A stretch of 64,000 nt of DNA from Clostridia bacterium (GTDB taxonomy: Bacteria; Bacillota; Clostridia; TANB77; CAG-508), in contig JAZUKI010000003.1 in NCBI GenBank assembly GCA_045643205.1, positions 128,001 to 192,000 on the forward strand, given 5' to 3'. The notes under the pieces are model-generated. The model worked only from the letters and a program-made list of their open reading frames with translations. It was not told the origin of the DNA and did no database searches. Position numbers and translations under genes: made by a program. Below, in pieces: positions 51,232 through 61,776 of the stretch. Each line of letters starts with the position of its first letter. The stretch's first letter is position 1.

Positions 51232-52515
51232 ATGATTACTGTAATAAAAAATGGAACTGTTATTTCAATGGATGAAAAAAGAAATGAAAAATATGAAGTA
51301 TTAGATATCGTTTTTAAAGATGATATCATAATTTCAATGTGCTCAAATTACGACGGACCATATGATAAATTAATTGATGCTAAAAATAAAATTGTAATGC
51401 CTGGGCTAGTTAATACACATGCACACTTGGGAATGGCAATGTTTAGAGGCATTAATGACTACGAAGACTTCAATGGTTGGTGGGGCAACATGATTTTACC
51501 TTATGAAAAGAAATTCACCGATAAAGAAGTTTATTTAAACACTTTATATTCATGTATAGAGATGATAAAAACCGGAACAACTACTGTATGTGATATGTAC
51601 TTTAATAAAGATGGCATAATGAAAGCTGTAAAAGAAGCAAAGGTTAGAACAATGTTCCCATTATATTTCATTGGTGACTATGATAAAGAAACTTTTGATG
51701 ATGCAGAAAATTATTATTTAAATAATAGAGATAATGATTTAATAAAATTCTATGTTTCTATGCATAGTTTGTATACATGTTCTGAAAGATTAGTTGCTGA
51801 ATGCAAAAATTTTGCAGATAAGTACAATCTATTATTTGGAACTCATTTTTGCGAACATGATAGCGAATTAAATACAATAGCTGATAAATATAATATGAAA
51901 CCAGTTAAAGTTTTAGATAAATACAAATTATTAGATAATAAACTTAGTTTAGCACATTGCACTCATATAAGCGATGAAGAACTTGAAATGTTTAAGGGGA
52001 AAGATGTTTCATTTAATCATTGTCCAATTTCAAATTTAAATCTTGGTTGCGGAATTGCTGATATTCCAAAGTATATGAAACATGGAATAAATATATCTTT
52101 AGGAACTGATGGACAAGGTTCTGGTAATAATATGAATATGTTCTATACAATGTCACTTGTAGACTATATTCAAAAAGGAATATATAAAGACACAAACATA
52201 TTAAAAAGTTATGACGTTCTTAAAATGGCAACAATAAATGGTGCTAAAGCTTTAGGAATGGAGCAAGAGATTGGATCATTAGAAGTTGGTAAAAAGGCAG
52301 ATATTATTATTGTTGATTTAAACAAATTTGAAACATATCCTTATAGAGATTTGTTAGTAAGTATTGTTCATAATGTATTACCACAAAACATAGATACAAC
52401 AATTATTAATGGAGAAACATTAATGCAAAATCATGAATTACTGCTTAATGTAGATGAAAATAAATTGATGGACAGAATGGATGAGATGGATAAGGAATTG
52501 AAGGAAGGAAAGTAG
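51232..52515 (+). CDS. amidohydrolase (MtaD/SAH deaminase-like)
   Basis: PGLVNTHAH, THFCE, AHC, HCPISN, GTDG, GSLEVGKKADII. Confidence 0.88.
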   Translation: MITVIKNGTVISMDEKRNEKYEVLDIVFKDDIIISMCSNYDGPYDKLIDAKNKIVMPGLVNTHAHLGMAMFRGINDYEDFNGWWGNMILPYEKKFTDKEVYLNTLYSCIEMIKTGTTTVCDMYFNKDGIMKAVKEAKVRTMFPLYFIGDYDKETFDDAENYYLNNRDNDLIKFYVSMHSLYTCSERLVAECKNFADKYNLLFGTHFCEHDSELNTIADKYNMKPVKVLDKYKLLDNKLSLAHCTHISDEELEMFKGKDVSFNHCPISNLNLGCGIADIPKYMKHGINISLGTDGQGSGNNMNMFYTMSLVDYIQKGIYKDTNILKSYDVLKMATINGAKALGMEQEIGSLEVGKKADIIIVDLNKFETYPYRDLLVSIVHNVLPQNIDTTIINGETLMQNHELLLNVDENKLMDRMDEMDKELKEGK

Positions 52516-52820
52516 AAAGAAAATTAAAACATTTTATTTTGAGCAATGTAATTTTAATTCAAACATAGTAGATACTATAATGCATATAAAGTTTTGTTAA
52601 AATATATTTTATTCATAATGTGATGGTATAATAAACAATAGAATGCTGTACAGCAAGATTTATCAAGGACTTTCGGGTTCTTGATTTTTTTATGAATTAA
52701 AAAAACGGCGAAAAAACGGCGGAAGTTTTTTAGATTGAAAAATTGGTAAAAATTACAGTGTAAATTTCGTGCTGTATTTGTAGTAATGGGAGATTTGTTT
52801 TTTGAGAAAAAAGTAGTAAA

Positions 52821-53399
52821 ATGTCCATAGAAAGGACAATTGGGATGCAGAAAAATTTTAAAAATAATTTAGAAACAAAATATAATGATATATTTAAGAA
52901 CTTATATGCACAATGGAAGTTACAAAGTAAAAAGAAATATGAAGAATTACAGTCAAATGGATTAGCTAATAGTGGAGTAGGTTCAAAAGCTATGTACATA
53001 TTAATGGAAGAATTAATAAATAAAGCGATATTTGATTTGCAACAGCTATTTAATAAGCTGCCAACAGAATATAATAGAAAGATATCATTTAAAGATTTAG
53101 ACGAATATAAAAGAAAAACAATAACTAATGTTGTTGGACATATTAATAATATGGAAAAAGAACTTAAACGTGAGTACAAGGAAAAGTTACTATTTATATC
53201 TGAATCAAATGAAATATCTTTAAACAATCTAAGTGAAAATTCTAAAGATAAAATTGAAAAGTTATTTGCTGAAATAGCTAATTTGAGAAAAGGTAAAAAA
53301 ATAGAAGGGTTAGTAATATTTAATATAGTATTTACAATATTAAGTTTTTTGATAGGAATTGCAAGCTTGATCGTAGGAATAATTGGAATTGTACAATAA
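52821..53399 (+). CDS. hypothetical protein with C-terminal TM helix
   Basis: 192-aa ORF; start may be a few codons later, after AAAGGA. Confidence 0.7.
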   Translation: MSIERTIGMQKNFKNNLETKYNDIFKNLYAQWKLQSKKKYEELQSNGLANSGVGSKAMYILMEELINKAIFDLQQLFNKLPTEYNRKISFKDLDEYKRKTITNVVGHINNMEKELKREYKEKLLFISESNEISLNNLSENSKDKIEKLFAEIANLRKGKKIEGLVIFNIVFTILSFLIGIASLIVGIIGIVQ

Positions 53400-53525
53400 T
53401 TACCAATATTTAAAATGCAGAATATTAAACAGGTATGAATATGTAGAAAATAATTAAAAAGAATTGGTCAGTAGAAAATACTGGCTTTTTTGTTGTAAAA
53501 AAATAAAGAAATTTATTTTGAAGTG

Positions 53526-53585
53526 TTGTAAAAAGTTAAACAAATTGTTAAAATATAAATGTAATATGTAATATTACAAATTACA
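53526..53585 (+). promoter_or_regulatory. promoter and operator of HTH-hsdMSR operon
   Basis: TTGTAA-17 bp-TAAAAT followed by TGTAAT-A-TGTAAT-ATTACA-A-ATTACA palindrome. Confidence 0.65.
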
Positions 53586-53604
53586 AAAAAGAAAGGGATT
53601 ATGA

Positions 53605-53925
53605 ATGAGTGAATTTAGTAAATTTCTGTCTCAGAAAATAGATGAGCATAATTCAATAAGGAAAAGAAGCATACGAGAATTTTCCAGAGAAATTGGAATA
53701 TCACATGATTATTTGAGAAGAATAATTAGCGGAAAAGTTATAGCACCAGAACAGGAAATTCAAGAGAAAATAGCAAGTAAAATTCTTAAAGAAAATGAAT
53801 ATCAAACATTTTTTGATTTAGCGGCAAAGGATAGAGGAGAAATTCCTGTAGACATACAGAAAGAATTATCAAAAGAAAGCAATAAATGGAATGAAATAAG
53901 AAATATGTTGGAGGTAGAAAAATGA
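53605..53925 (+). CDS. XRE-family HTH regulator
   Basis: SIREFSREIGISHDYLRRIISG HTH; ATGA overlap with hsdM. Confidence 0.8.
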   Translation: MSEFSKFLSQKIDEHNSIRKRSIREFSREIGISHDYLRRIISGKVIAPEQEIQEKIASKILKENEYQTFFDLAAKDRGEIPVDIQKELSKESNKWNEIRNMLEVEK

Positions 53926-55667
53926 GTACAAATATAAATGCAAAGGCAAATTTAATATGGGAAGTGGCAACAAAATTAGTTGGGGTATATAAACCACATG
54001 AATATGGTAAAGTAATTTTACCTATGACAGTCTTGAAAAGATTTGATGATATATTAAAACCAACTAAACAAGCAGTATTAGATAAATATGAAGAAGTAAA
54101 AAATTTTGAAGTAAAAGAAGCTTTTCTAACTGAAGCTTCAGGTTATAGTTTTTATAATACAAGTAAATACGATTTTGAAAAAATATTATCTGATCCAGAT
54201 AATATTGAAAGTAATTTTAAAAATTATTTAAATGGATTTTCAGATAATGTAATAGATATTTTAAGTAATTTTAAATTCAATAATGAAGTAAAAACAATGG
54301 CTGATAATAGACTTTTATATGTTGTTATAGAAGAATTTAATTCTAAAAAAGCATATATGGGATTAGATGAAATTAAAACAGAAGATATGGGTTACATATT
54401 TGAAGAATTAGTTAGAAAATTTTCAGAAAGTTATGATGAAGAAGCAGGAGCTCACTTTACTGCAAGAGATATTATTTATTTAATGACTGATCTACTAGTT
54501 GCAGAAGAACAAGATATTTTAACTAATGATAATAAGGTAAAAACAATATATGATATGGCAATGGGAACATCTCAAATGCTTGCATGTATGACTGATAGAT
54601 TACATCAATTAAATAAAAATGTTAAGGTAGATTGTTATGGACAAGAATTAAATCCAGAAACATATGCTATAGCAAAAGCAGATATGCTTATAAAAGGTGG
54701 AGATGCAGATAACTTTAAACAAGGCGATACATTAGATGATGATCAATTTAAAGGATATAAATTCGATTATATAATTTCAAATCCTCCTTTTGGTATCGAT
54801 TGGAAAAAACAAAAGAAAGCAGTAGAAGATGAAGTATCAAAAGGAGAACACGGAAGATTTCCAGTAGGAACTCCTAAAATATCAGATGGGCAAATGTTAT
54901 TTACTTTAAATGGAATTGCAAAATTAAAAGATGACGGAAAGATGGCAATAATCCAAAACGGTTCTCCATTATTTTCAGGTAGTGCTGGTTCAGGAGAATC
55001 AGAAATTAGAAGATATATTATAGAAAATGATTGGTTAGAAGCAATAGTTCAATTACCAACGGATCTATTTTACAACACAGGAATTTCAACATATATTTGG
55101 ATAATTAATAAAGGTAAAGAAGGAACGATTAGAGAAGGAAAGGTTCAATTAATAGATGCGTCAAATTGTTACATAAATAGAAGAAAAAATATTGGTAATA
55201 AAAGAAAAGATTTAGATGAAGAATCAAGAAAGCTAATTTTACAAGCATATTCAGAATTTACAAACAAAGAATATAGTGAAAATGATAAAAAAGTAGAAAG
55301 TAAAATTTTTAATAATAACGATTTTGGATTTAATAGAATTACTATTGAATCACCAGAAGTTGATGAAAATCAAGTTGCTATATTAGATAAAAAAGGAAAT
55401 GTAAAAGCTGATTCAAGTAAAAGAGATTATGAAAATGTACCTTTAAAAGAAGATATAGAAGAATATTTCGAAAAAGAAGTATTACCATATAATGAAAAGG
55501 CTTGGATAGATAAAAAGAAAACACAAGTAGGGTATGAAATACCATTTACAAGATATTTTTATAAATATGTGGCTCCAGAAAATTCAGATGATATATTAGC
55601 AAGAATTAGGCAAAATGAATCAGATATTATGGATTCTCTAAAAAAAATATTTGAGGAGGATAAATAA
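53922..55667 (+). CDS. hsdM: type I R-M methyltransferase subunit
   Basis: ILPMTVLKRFD, AGAHFT, GQELN, NPPF, FYNTGI. Confidence 0.93.
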   Translation: MSTNINAKANLIWEVATKLVGVYKPHEYGKVILPMTVLKRFDDILKPTKQAVLDKYEEVKNFEVKEAFLTEASGYSFYNTSKYDFEKILSDPDNIESNFKNYLNGFSDNVIDILSNFKFNNEVKTMADNRLLYVVIEEFNSKKAYMGLDEIKTEDMGYIFEELVRKFSESYDEEAGAHFTARDIIYLMTDLLVAEEQDILTNDNKVKTIYDMAMGTSQMLACMTDRLHQLNKNVKVDCYGQELNPETYAIAKADMLIKGGDADNFKQGDTLDDDQFKGYKFDYIISNPPFGIDWKKQKKAVEDEVSKGEHGRFPVGTPKISDGQMLFTLNGIAKLKDDGKMAIIQNGSPLFSGSAGSGESEIRRYIIENDWLEAIVQLPTDLFYNTGISTYIWIINKGKEGTIREGKVQLIDASNCYINRRKNIGNKRKDLDEESRKLILQAYSEFTNKEYSENDKKVESKIFNNNDFGFNRITIESPEVDENQVAILDKKGNVKADSSKRDYENVPLKEDIEEYFEKEVLPYNEKAWIDKKKTQVGYEIPFTRYFYKYVAPENSDDILARIRQNESDIMDSLKKIFEEDK

Positions 55668-55668
55668 T

Positions 55669-56973
55669 ATGAGAGAAATGAAAAAAACTAATTCTATGTG
55701 GGTTGGAAATATTCCTAAAGAGTGGAACTTAATAAAGACAAAAAAAATTATAAATTTTATTAATGGTTATGCTTTTGATAGTAATAGTTTTAGTGATAAT
55801 GGAATATATCCAGTAATAAGAATAGGAGATTTAAGTAATGGAAGGATTAATTATGAAAATGCATGTAAAGTAAATGATAATGAAAATTTAAACAATTATA
55901 AAATAATAAAAAATGATTTATTAATTGCAATGAGTGGAGCTACAGTTGGAAAATTAGCTATAGAAAATGAAGCAAATATTGAAGCATATATAAATCAGCG
56001 TGTAGGAATTTTAAGATGTAAATCTAAAATAAATAATAAGTTTCTATATTATTCATTAAATACAGATGAATTTATAAAATATATATTATTTCAGTCAATG
56101 GGTTCGGCTCAACCAAATGTATCTTCAGAAAATATAGGAAATTATTATATTTCTTGCCCGACAATAGAAGAACAAGAAAAAATAGTAAATTTTCTTGATA
56201 ATAAAATAAAAGAAATTGATAATGTAATAGAAAAAACAAAAGAAACAATTGATGATTATAAGAAATACAGACAAACAATTATAACCGAAGCAGTAACTAA
56301 AGGGTTAAATAAAAATGTTAAATTTAAGGAAACTTTTAATAAAGTAATTGGAATGATACCAGAAAGTTGGAATGTTCAAAAATTAAAAACATTTATCAGT
56401 ATGCCTGTAATAGATGGACCGCATGAAAGTCCTATATTATTAGATGATGGAATTCCATATATATCTGCGACAGCTATAGAAAATGGAAAAATTAATTTTG
56501 ATTTAATGAGAGGATATATTTCAGAAGAATACTGTGAACAATGTGAGGTTCGATATAAACCTAAAATTAATGATATTCTTGTAATAAAATTAGGAGCGAC
56601 TACAGGTCAAGTAGCCATAGTTGATACTGATAAAAGATTTAATATTTGGGTTCCATTAGCTGCGATCAGATGTAATGAAATAGTTAATTCTAAATATATT
56701 TATTATAGTTTTCAGTCACAAAGTCTAATTAAGCAGATGGAGTTAATGTGGACTTTTGGAACACAGCAAACGTTAGGAGTGAAAAATATAGAACAATTAT
56801 ATTTTTCTTTACCAGATAAAGAAGAGCAGAATACTATTGTTCAATATTTGGAAAAAAAGTGTTTAGATGTGGACAATTTAATTTCTAACAAAGAAAAAAT
56901 TGTAGAGAAATTGGAACAATACAAAAAATCGCTTATATATGAATATGTAACAGGAAAAAAAGAAGTAATTTAG
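55669..56973 (+). CDS. hsdS: type I R-M specificity subunit
   Basis: Two TRDs with IPxxW and PxxEEQ conserved repeats, EAVTKG / EYVTGK. Confidence 0.92.
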   Translation: MREMKKTNSMWVGNIPKEWNLIKTKKIINFINGYAFDSNSFSDNGIYPVIRIGDLSNGRINYENACKVNDNENLNNYKIIKNDLLIAMSGATVGKLAIENEANIEAYINQRVGILRCKSKINNKFLYYSLNTDEFIKYILFQSMGSAQPNVSSENIGNYYISCPTIEEQEKIVNFLDNKIKEIDNVIEKTKETIDDYKKYRQTIITEAVTKGLNKNVKFKETFNKVIGMIPESWNVQKLKTFISMPVIDGPHESPILLDDGIPYISATAIENGKINFDLMRGYISEEYCEQCEVRYKPKINDILVIKLGATTGQVAIVDTDKRFNIWVPLAAIRCNEIVNSKYIYYSFQSQSLIKQMELMWTFGTQQTLGVKNIEQLYFSLPDKEEQNTIVQYLEKKCLDVDNLISNKEKIVEKLEQYKKSLIYEYVTGKKEVI

Positions 56974-56985
56974 GGGGCAAATTAC

Positions 56986-59900
56986 ATGGAAGAAAACGAA
57001 AAAAGATTTGAACAAGATATAGAAACATATCTTTTATCAGAAGATGGTGGATATACTAAAGGAAAGCCAGAAGATTTTGATAGAGAATCTGCATTAAATA
57101 AAAAAGATTTATTTAAATTTATAGAAGATACACAAAATAAAGAATGGAACAGATATAAAACTGCTTTTCCAGATGATTATGAATTAAGATTTATAAAAAG
57201 ATTTAATGAAGAAGTTGTAACTCGCGGAATAATTGATGTAATAAGAAATGGAATTACAGATAGAGGGTTTAAATTTAAACTTGCATATTTTATGCCAGAA
57301 ACAAATTTAGCGCCTGAAACATGGGATTTATACAATAAGAATATTTTAAATGAAACAAGACAATTAAAATATTCTACACAAAATGAAAACTCTGTGGACA
57401 TAGTTTTACTATTAAATGGAATTCCGGTAGTGGCTCTTGAATTGAAAAATCAAATAACTGGGCAAAATAGTGAAAATGCACAAAAGCAATTTATGTATGA
57501 TAGAGATCCTAGAGAAGCCATTTTTAGATTTAATAGCAGAATAATAGCCTATTTTGCAGTAGATCATTATGATGTTAAATATACTACAAAACTTGCAGGA
57601 AAAGATACATATTACTTACCATTTAATCAAGGTTCAAATGGAGCGGGAAATGTAGGAGGAGCAGGAAATCCGACTAATGAGAATGGATATACAACAGATT
57701 ATTTATGGAAAAATGTTTTAAAGAAAGATTCTTTAATGGAAATATTACATAAATTTGTTCATTTACAAGTTAAAGAAGAAGTTTCACATCGTGGTGAAAA
57801 AGAAATAATAAAGAAAAAAGAAAATATTATATTTCCAAGATTTCACCAATTAGATGTTGTAAGAAAGTTAATATGGAATGTAAGAGATTGTGGAGTTGGA
57901 CAAAAATATTTAATACAACATAGTGCGGGATCAGGAAAATCGAATAGTATAGCTTGGCTTGCACATAGACTATCAGGATTACACGATAAAGATAATAACG
58001 CGGTATTTAATTCAATTATAGTTGTTACAGATAGAAAAGTATTAGATAAACAATTACAAGAAACAATCTATCAATTTGAACATCAAAAAGGTGTAGTTGT
58101 AAAAATTGATGATGAAAAAACATCAAAAGATTTAAAAGATGCTATTAACGATGGAAAAAGAATTATTATAACAACATTGCAAAAGTTCCCTGTAATATAT
58201 AAAGATGTAGATGATATGGGACATAAAAGATTTGCTGTAATAGTTGATGAAGCTCATTCAAGTCAAACAGGAAATTCTGCAAAAAAATTAAAAATTGCAT
58301 TAGCAGATAAAGAAGAAGCATTAAAGAAATATGCGGAAATGGAAGCTCTTGCAGAAGAAAATGAAAAAGATTATGAGGATAAAATAGTAGAAGAATTAGC
58401 AACACATGGACCACAAAATAATATTTCATTCTTTGCTTTTACTGCAACACCTAAATCTAAAACCTTAGAATTATTTGGTACAAAACAATATGATGGAACA
58501 TTTAGACCATATCATGTTTATAGTATGAGACAAGCTATAGAAGAAGGATTTATCTTAGATGTATTAGCAAATTATATGACATATAAATCAATTTACCAAA
58601 TAGCTAAAAATACACCAGATAATCCAGAAGTACCAGAAAATTATGCTACAAAAGCAATAAAGAAATTTGAAAGTTTACATGAGATAAATATAACTCAAAA
58701 AACACAAATAATAGTGGAACAATTTAGAAATGTTACTAAAAATAAAATTGGTGGAAGAGGAAAAGCAATGTTAGTAACAGCATCTAGATTACATGCTGTT
58801 AGATATTTCTTTGAAATTAAAAGATATATAGAAGAAAAAGGATATGATGATTTAGATGTTTTAGTAGCGTTTTCAGGAGAAGTTCATGATGGTGGACAAT
58901 CTTTTACAGAAAGTGGAATGAATAAAACAAAAGATGGAAAGAAAATATCTGAATCACAAACAAAAGAATATTTTAATTCGGATGAATTTAGTATTTTAGT
59001 AGTTGCAGAAAAATATCAAACAGGATTTGATGAACCACTATTACATACAATGTTTGTAGATAAAAAATTAAAAGGAATAAAAGCAGTACAAACATTATCA
59101 AGATTAAATAGAACATGTAATGGAAAAGATGATACTTTAGTAATAGATTTTGTTAATGAAGCTCAAGATATACAAGAAGCATTTAAACCATTTTATGATG
59201 TTACAGTATTAGAAGAAGAAACTAATCCAAATGCAATATATGATAAACTAAATATGATAAAAAGTTTTGGATTAATTTATGATGAAAATATAGAAAAATT
59301 CTGTAAGATTTATTTAAAGAATGGAAAACAAAATGAAAATGACTTTGGAAGACTAACAAGTTGCGTTAAAGAAACAGTTGATTTGTATAATAAGCTTGAA
59401 ATAGAAGATAGAGAAAGTTTTAGAAAACAAGTAATTAGTTTTAATAAATTCTATTCATATATAACACAAATTACATTTATGGGAGATGAAGAACTTCATA
59501 AAACTTATATGTATTTAAGATATGTTGAAAAATTGTTACCTAAAAATAAAGTAGATACAATAGATTTGGAAGGATCATTAAAATTAACATTTTATAATTT
59601 AAAACAAACATTCCAAGGTAGTGTTTCATTAAGAAAAACGGATGAAGGTGAAGGATTAGTAAAACCTCAAGGATCAGCAATACCAATAGCAGTATTACCA
59701 GAGCAAAGATATTTAGAAGAAGTAATAAGAAAGGTAAATGATTTATATGCTGGACAATTTACAGAATCAGATAATATGCTAGTTAAAAATATTATGGATA
59801 TAATAATGAAAGATGATGATGTAAGACAGAAGGCAAAAGCTAATAGTGAGGATATGTTTGTTCAGTCAGTATTTCCTAAAGTGTTTAGTGAAAAAACAAG

Positions 59901-60120
59901 TAAAGCATATAAAGAAAGTGCAACATCTTATAAAAAATTATTTGAGAGCAAAGAGTTTTATAATGCTATAATGAAGTCATTGGGAAATGTTGTTTATAGA
60001 TTAATGAAAAGTGATGAGACAATTAAGTATAATATTTCAAATGAAGAAGAGGAAAAACTAAAGGTAGCAGAAGATAGTGAAAAATATAATATAAATAACA
60101 AGGAGGAGAAAAAAGGCTAA
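56986..60120 (+). CDS. hsdR: type I R-M restriction subunit
   Basis: D..LLNGIP..LELK nuclease motif, QHSAGSGKS, DEAH, FTATP, TGFD, QTLSRLNR. Confidence 0.95.
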   Translation: MEENEKRFEQDIETYLLSEDGGYTKGKPEDFDRESALNKKDLFKFIEDTQNKEWNRYKTAFPDDYELRFIKRFNEEVVTRGIIDVIRNGITDRGFKFKLAYFMPETNLAPETWDLYNKNILNETRQLKYSTQNENSVDIVLLLNGIPVVALELKNQITGQNSENAQKQFMYDRDPREAIFRFNSRIIAYFAVDHYDVKYTTKLAGKDTYYLPFNQGSNGAGNVGGAGNPTNENGYTTDYLWKNVLKKDSLMEILHKFVHLQVKEEVSHRGEKEIIKKKENIIFPRFHQLDVVRKLIWNVRDCGVGQKYLIQHSAGSGKSNSIAWLAHRLSGLHDKDNNAVFNSIIVVTDRKVLDKQLQETIYQFEHQKGVVVKIDDEKTSKDLKDAINDGKRIIITTLQKFPVIYKDVDDMGHKRFAVIVDEAHSSQTGNSAKKLKIALADKEEALKKYAEMEALAEENEKDYEDKIVEELATHGPQNNISFFAFTATPKSKTLELFGTKQYDGTFRPYHVYSMRQAIEEGFILDVLANYMTYKSIYQIAKNTPDNPEVPENYATKAIKKFESLHEINITQKTQIIVEQFRNVTKNKIGGRGKAMLVTASRLHAVRYFFEIKRYIEEKGYDDLDVLVAFSGEVHDGGQSFTESGMNKTKDGKKISESQTKEYFNSDEFSILVVAEKYQTGFDEPLLHTMFVDKKLKGIKAVQTLSRLNRTCNGKDDTLVIDFVNEAQDIQEAFKPFYDVTVLEEETNPNAIYDKLNMIKSFGLIYDENIEKFCKIYLKNGKQNENDFGRLTSCVKETVDLYNKLEIEDRESFRKQVISFNKFYSYITQITFMGDEELHKTYMYLRYVEKLLPKNKVDTIDLEGSLKLTFYNLKQTFQGSVSLRKTDEGEGLVKPQGSAIPIAVLPEQRYLEEVIRKVNDLYAGQFTESDNMLVKNIMDIIMKDDDVRQKAKANSEDMFVQSVFPKVFSEKTSKAYKESATSYKKLFESKEFYNAIMKSLGNVVYRLMKSDETIKYNISNEEEEKLKVAEDSEKYNINNKEEKKG

Positions 60121-60780
60121 AGGAATTATTTATTGCATGACAACAATTGTACCAGGTTTAGTGAAGATAGGAAAAACTGGAAGTGATAATTTTGAACAAC
60201 GTATGTACAATTTAGAAAGAAATGGATATGTTAATGTAGTTGGCTTAAAAAGAAGATTTGCAATAGAAGTAGAAGATTATGATGAGAAAGAAGTACTTAT
60301 ACATGAATTATTTTGTAAAAGTAATGTACAAAACACAGAGTTGTTTGCTATAGATGTCAAACTTGTAGTACAATTATTATCTTCATTAGAAGGAAAGCAA
60401 ATTTTCCCTAAAACTATAACTAAAGAAGAAGTATTTGATATTGCTATAGATGAAAGACAAAAAGATTTTAATAAAAACAATAGAATGTTAATACCAGATG
60501 GAAATTATTATATATCTGAAAAAAATATTAAAGCTACTATGAAAGTAGAAAATGGCAAATTTATTGTATTAAAAGGAAGCACTTGCCTAGAATGTAATAA
60601 AGATTGGATTCCAGAAGCAAGAAGAATAGCAAAAATTGAAAATGGAATATTAATAGAGGATATAGAATGTAAATCTCCTAGTACAGCAGGTTGGATAGTT
60701 TTAGAAAATGCTAATAATGATGGTTAACATGGAAAACTAAAGATGGAAAGAGTATAGATATATTTAGAAATAATAAGTAG
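60113..60780 (+). pseudogene. T5orf172-type GIY-YIG + DUF4357 protein, probably inactivated
   Basis: AAG at the expected start (60113) before AKGIIYCMTT; GLVKIGKT motif; 1-nt frameshift at ~60719 separates the WLTWKTKDG tail. Confidence 0.7.
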
Positions 60781-60800
60781 TTAAAATAAAGAGCATCATT

Positions 60801-61010
60801 ATGGAAAGAATAATATCAAATAAAATTCAATGTAAACATTGTGGTGATATAATTGAATCTAAAAGTATTCATAGTTTTGTAAAATGTAAACGTGGATGTT
60901 GTAGTGTTGATGGAGGACATTATCATTTAAGTCGTTCATATTTTCATAGCCCAGAAGAAGATTTTATAGATTTAAGTGAAGTAGCGGATGATGGTGTAGA
61001 AGAAGTTTAA
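60801..61010 (+). CDS. small Cys/His-rich zinc-binding protein
   Basis: CKHCGDIIES..H..CKRGCCSVDGG pattern, of a type common in mobile elements. Confidence 0.7.
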   Translation: MERIISNKIQCKHCGDIIESKSIHSFVKCKRGCCSVDGGHYHLSRSYFHSPEEDFIDLSEVADDGVEEV

Positions 61011-61155
61011 GTGAATAAATTTAAGGTTAAAGATATATTATAATAATTAAAAAAATGTGAGATTTTAGTTATATAAAATCGTAATTGGTACCAAATGTTG
61101 TAAAAAACAATAAAATAATGTATAATATAATAGGTTTAGTGAAAGTAGGAATAAT

Positions 61156-61776
61156 ATGTTAGCTGAATTGGATATATTATTAGATTCTATAAGGGAACAA
61201 TATAATCAATTATATGCAGAATGGAAAAAAAGTAATTTATATGTTCCATTACACCAAAAAAAGAATCTAGTAAAAGATATAAAAAATAATAATGAAATTC
61301 TAAATGCTATATTAGACTATAGATTGTTTTTGAATGAAAATCACTTAGATTTAAAAATGACATTTGATAGTTTAAATTTAAAGAGTGAAGTAAATAGTAG
61401 AGTAAAAGCACAAAACTCAATTGAATTTAAAATAAACAATTATATGACTGCTAAACATGAATATGGTGAAGTTGCAATAAATAAATGTTTTAATGATTTA
61501 TATGGAATAAGAATAATTTTTGAAGATAATGTTGAATATAATGATATAAAGAATTTCATTGATGTAAAATACAAGGGAAAGCTAAAATGTTATGATGCAT
61601 CTAAAGGAGACTATGTAGCAACTCATATATATTTTAAAAAAGACAATTATAGTTTTCAGTGGGAACTACAAATATGGGATAAATCACATTATAAATCTAA
61701 TATTATTTCACATGAACAGTATAAACAAGGTTATACAAAATGGGAAGAAGAAAATAAAGGAGGTGAATCATTTTGA
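61156..61776 (+). CDS. RelA/SpoT-type small alarmone synthetase (toxSAS-like toxin)
   Basis: SRVK, NDLYGIRII, YVATH, ELQIW synthetase motifs; no hydrolase domain. Confidence 0.8.
   Translation: MLAELDILLDSIREQYNQLYAEWKKSNLYVPLHQKKNLVKDIKNNNEILNAILDYRLFLNENHLDLKMTFDSLNLKSEVNSRVKAQNSIEFKINNYMTAKHEYGEVAINKCFNDLYGIRIIFEDNVEYNDIKNFIDVKYKGKLKCYDASKGDYVATHIYFKKDNYSFQWELQIWDKSHYKSNIISHEQYKQGYTKWEEENKGGESF

Noticed and set aside
52668-52680. ACTTTCGGGTTCT as inverted partner of the right-end ATAACCCGAAGGT
   Set aside because: Short imperfect match in inverted orientation, adequately explained by a TTCG-loop terminator hairpin
55669-56973. Phase-variable hsdS shufflon
   Set aside because: Single hsdS, no silent TRD copies, no invertase, and no flanking inverted repeats seen
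3299-58429. Many 60-190 aa ORFs antisense or out of frame within long genes (e.g. 34806..35387, 25269..25721, 52730..53227)
   Set aside because: Shadow ORFs caused by the A-rich coding strand; no RBS and no recognisable motifs
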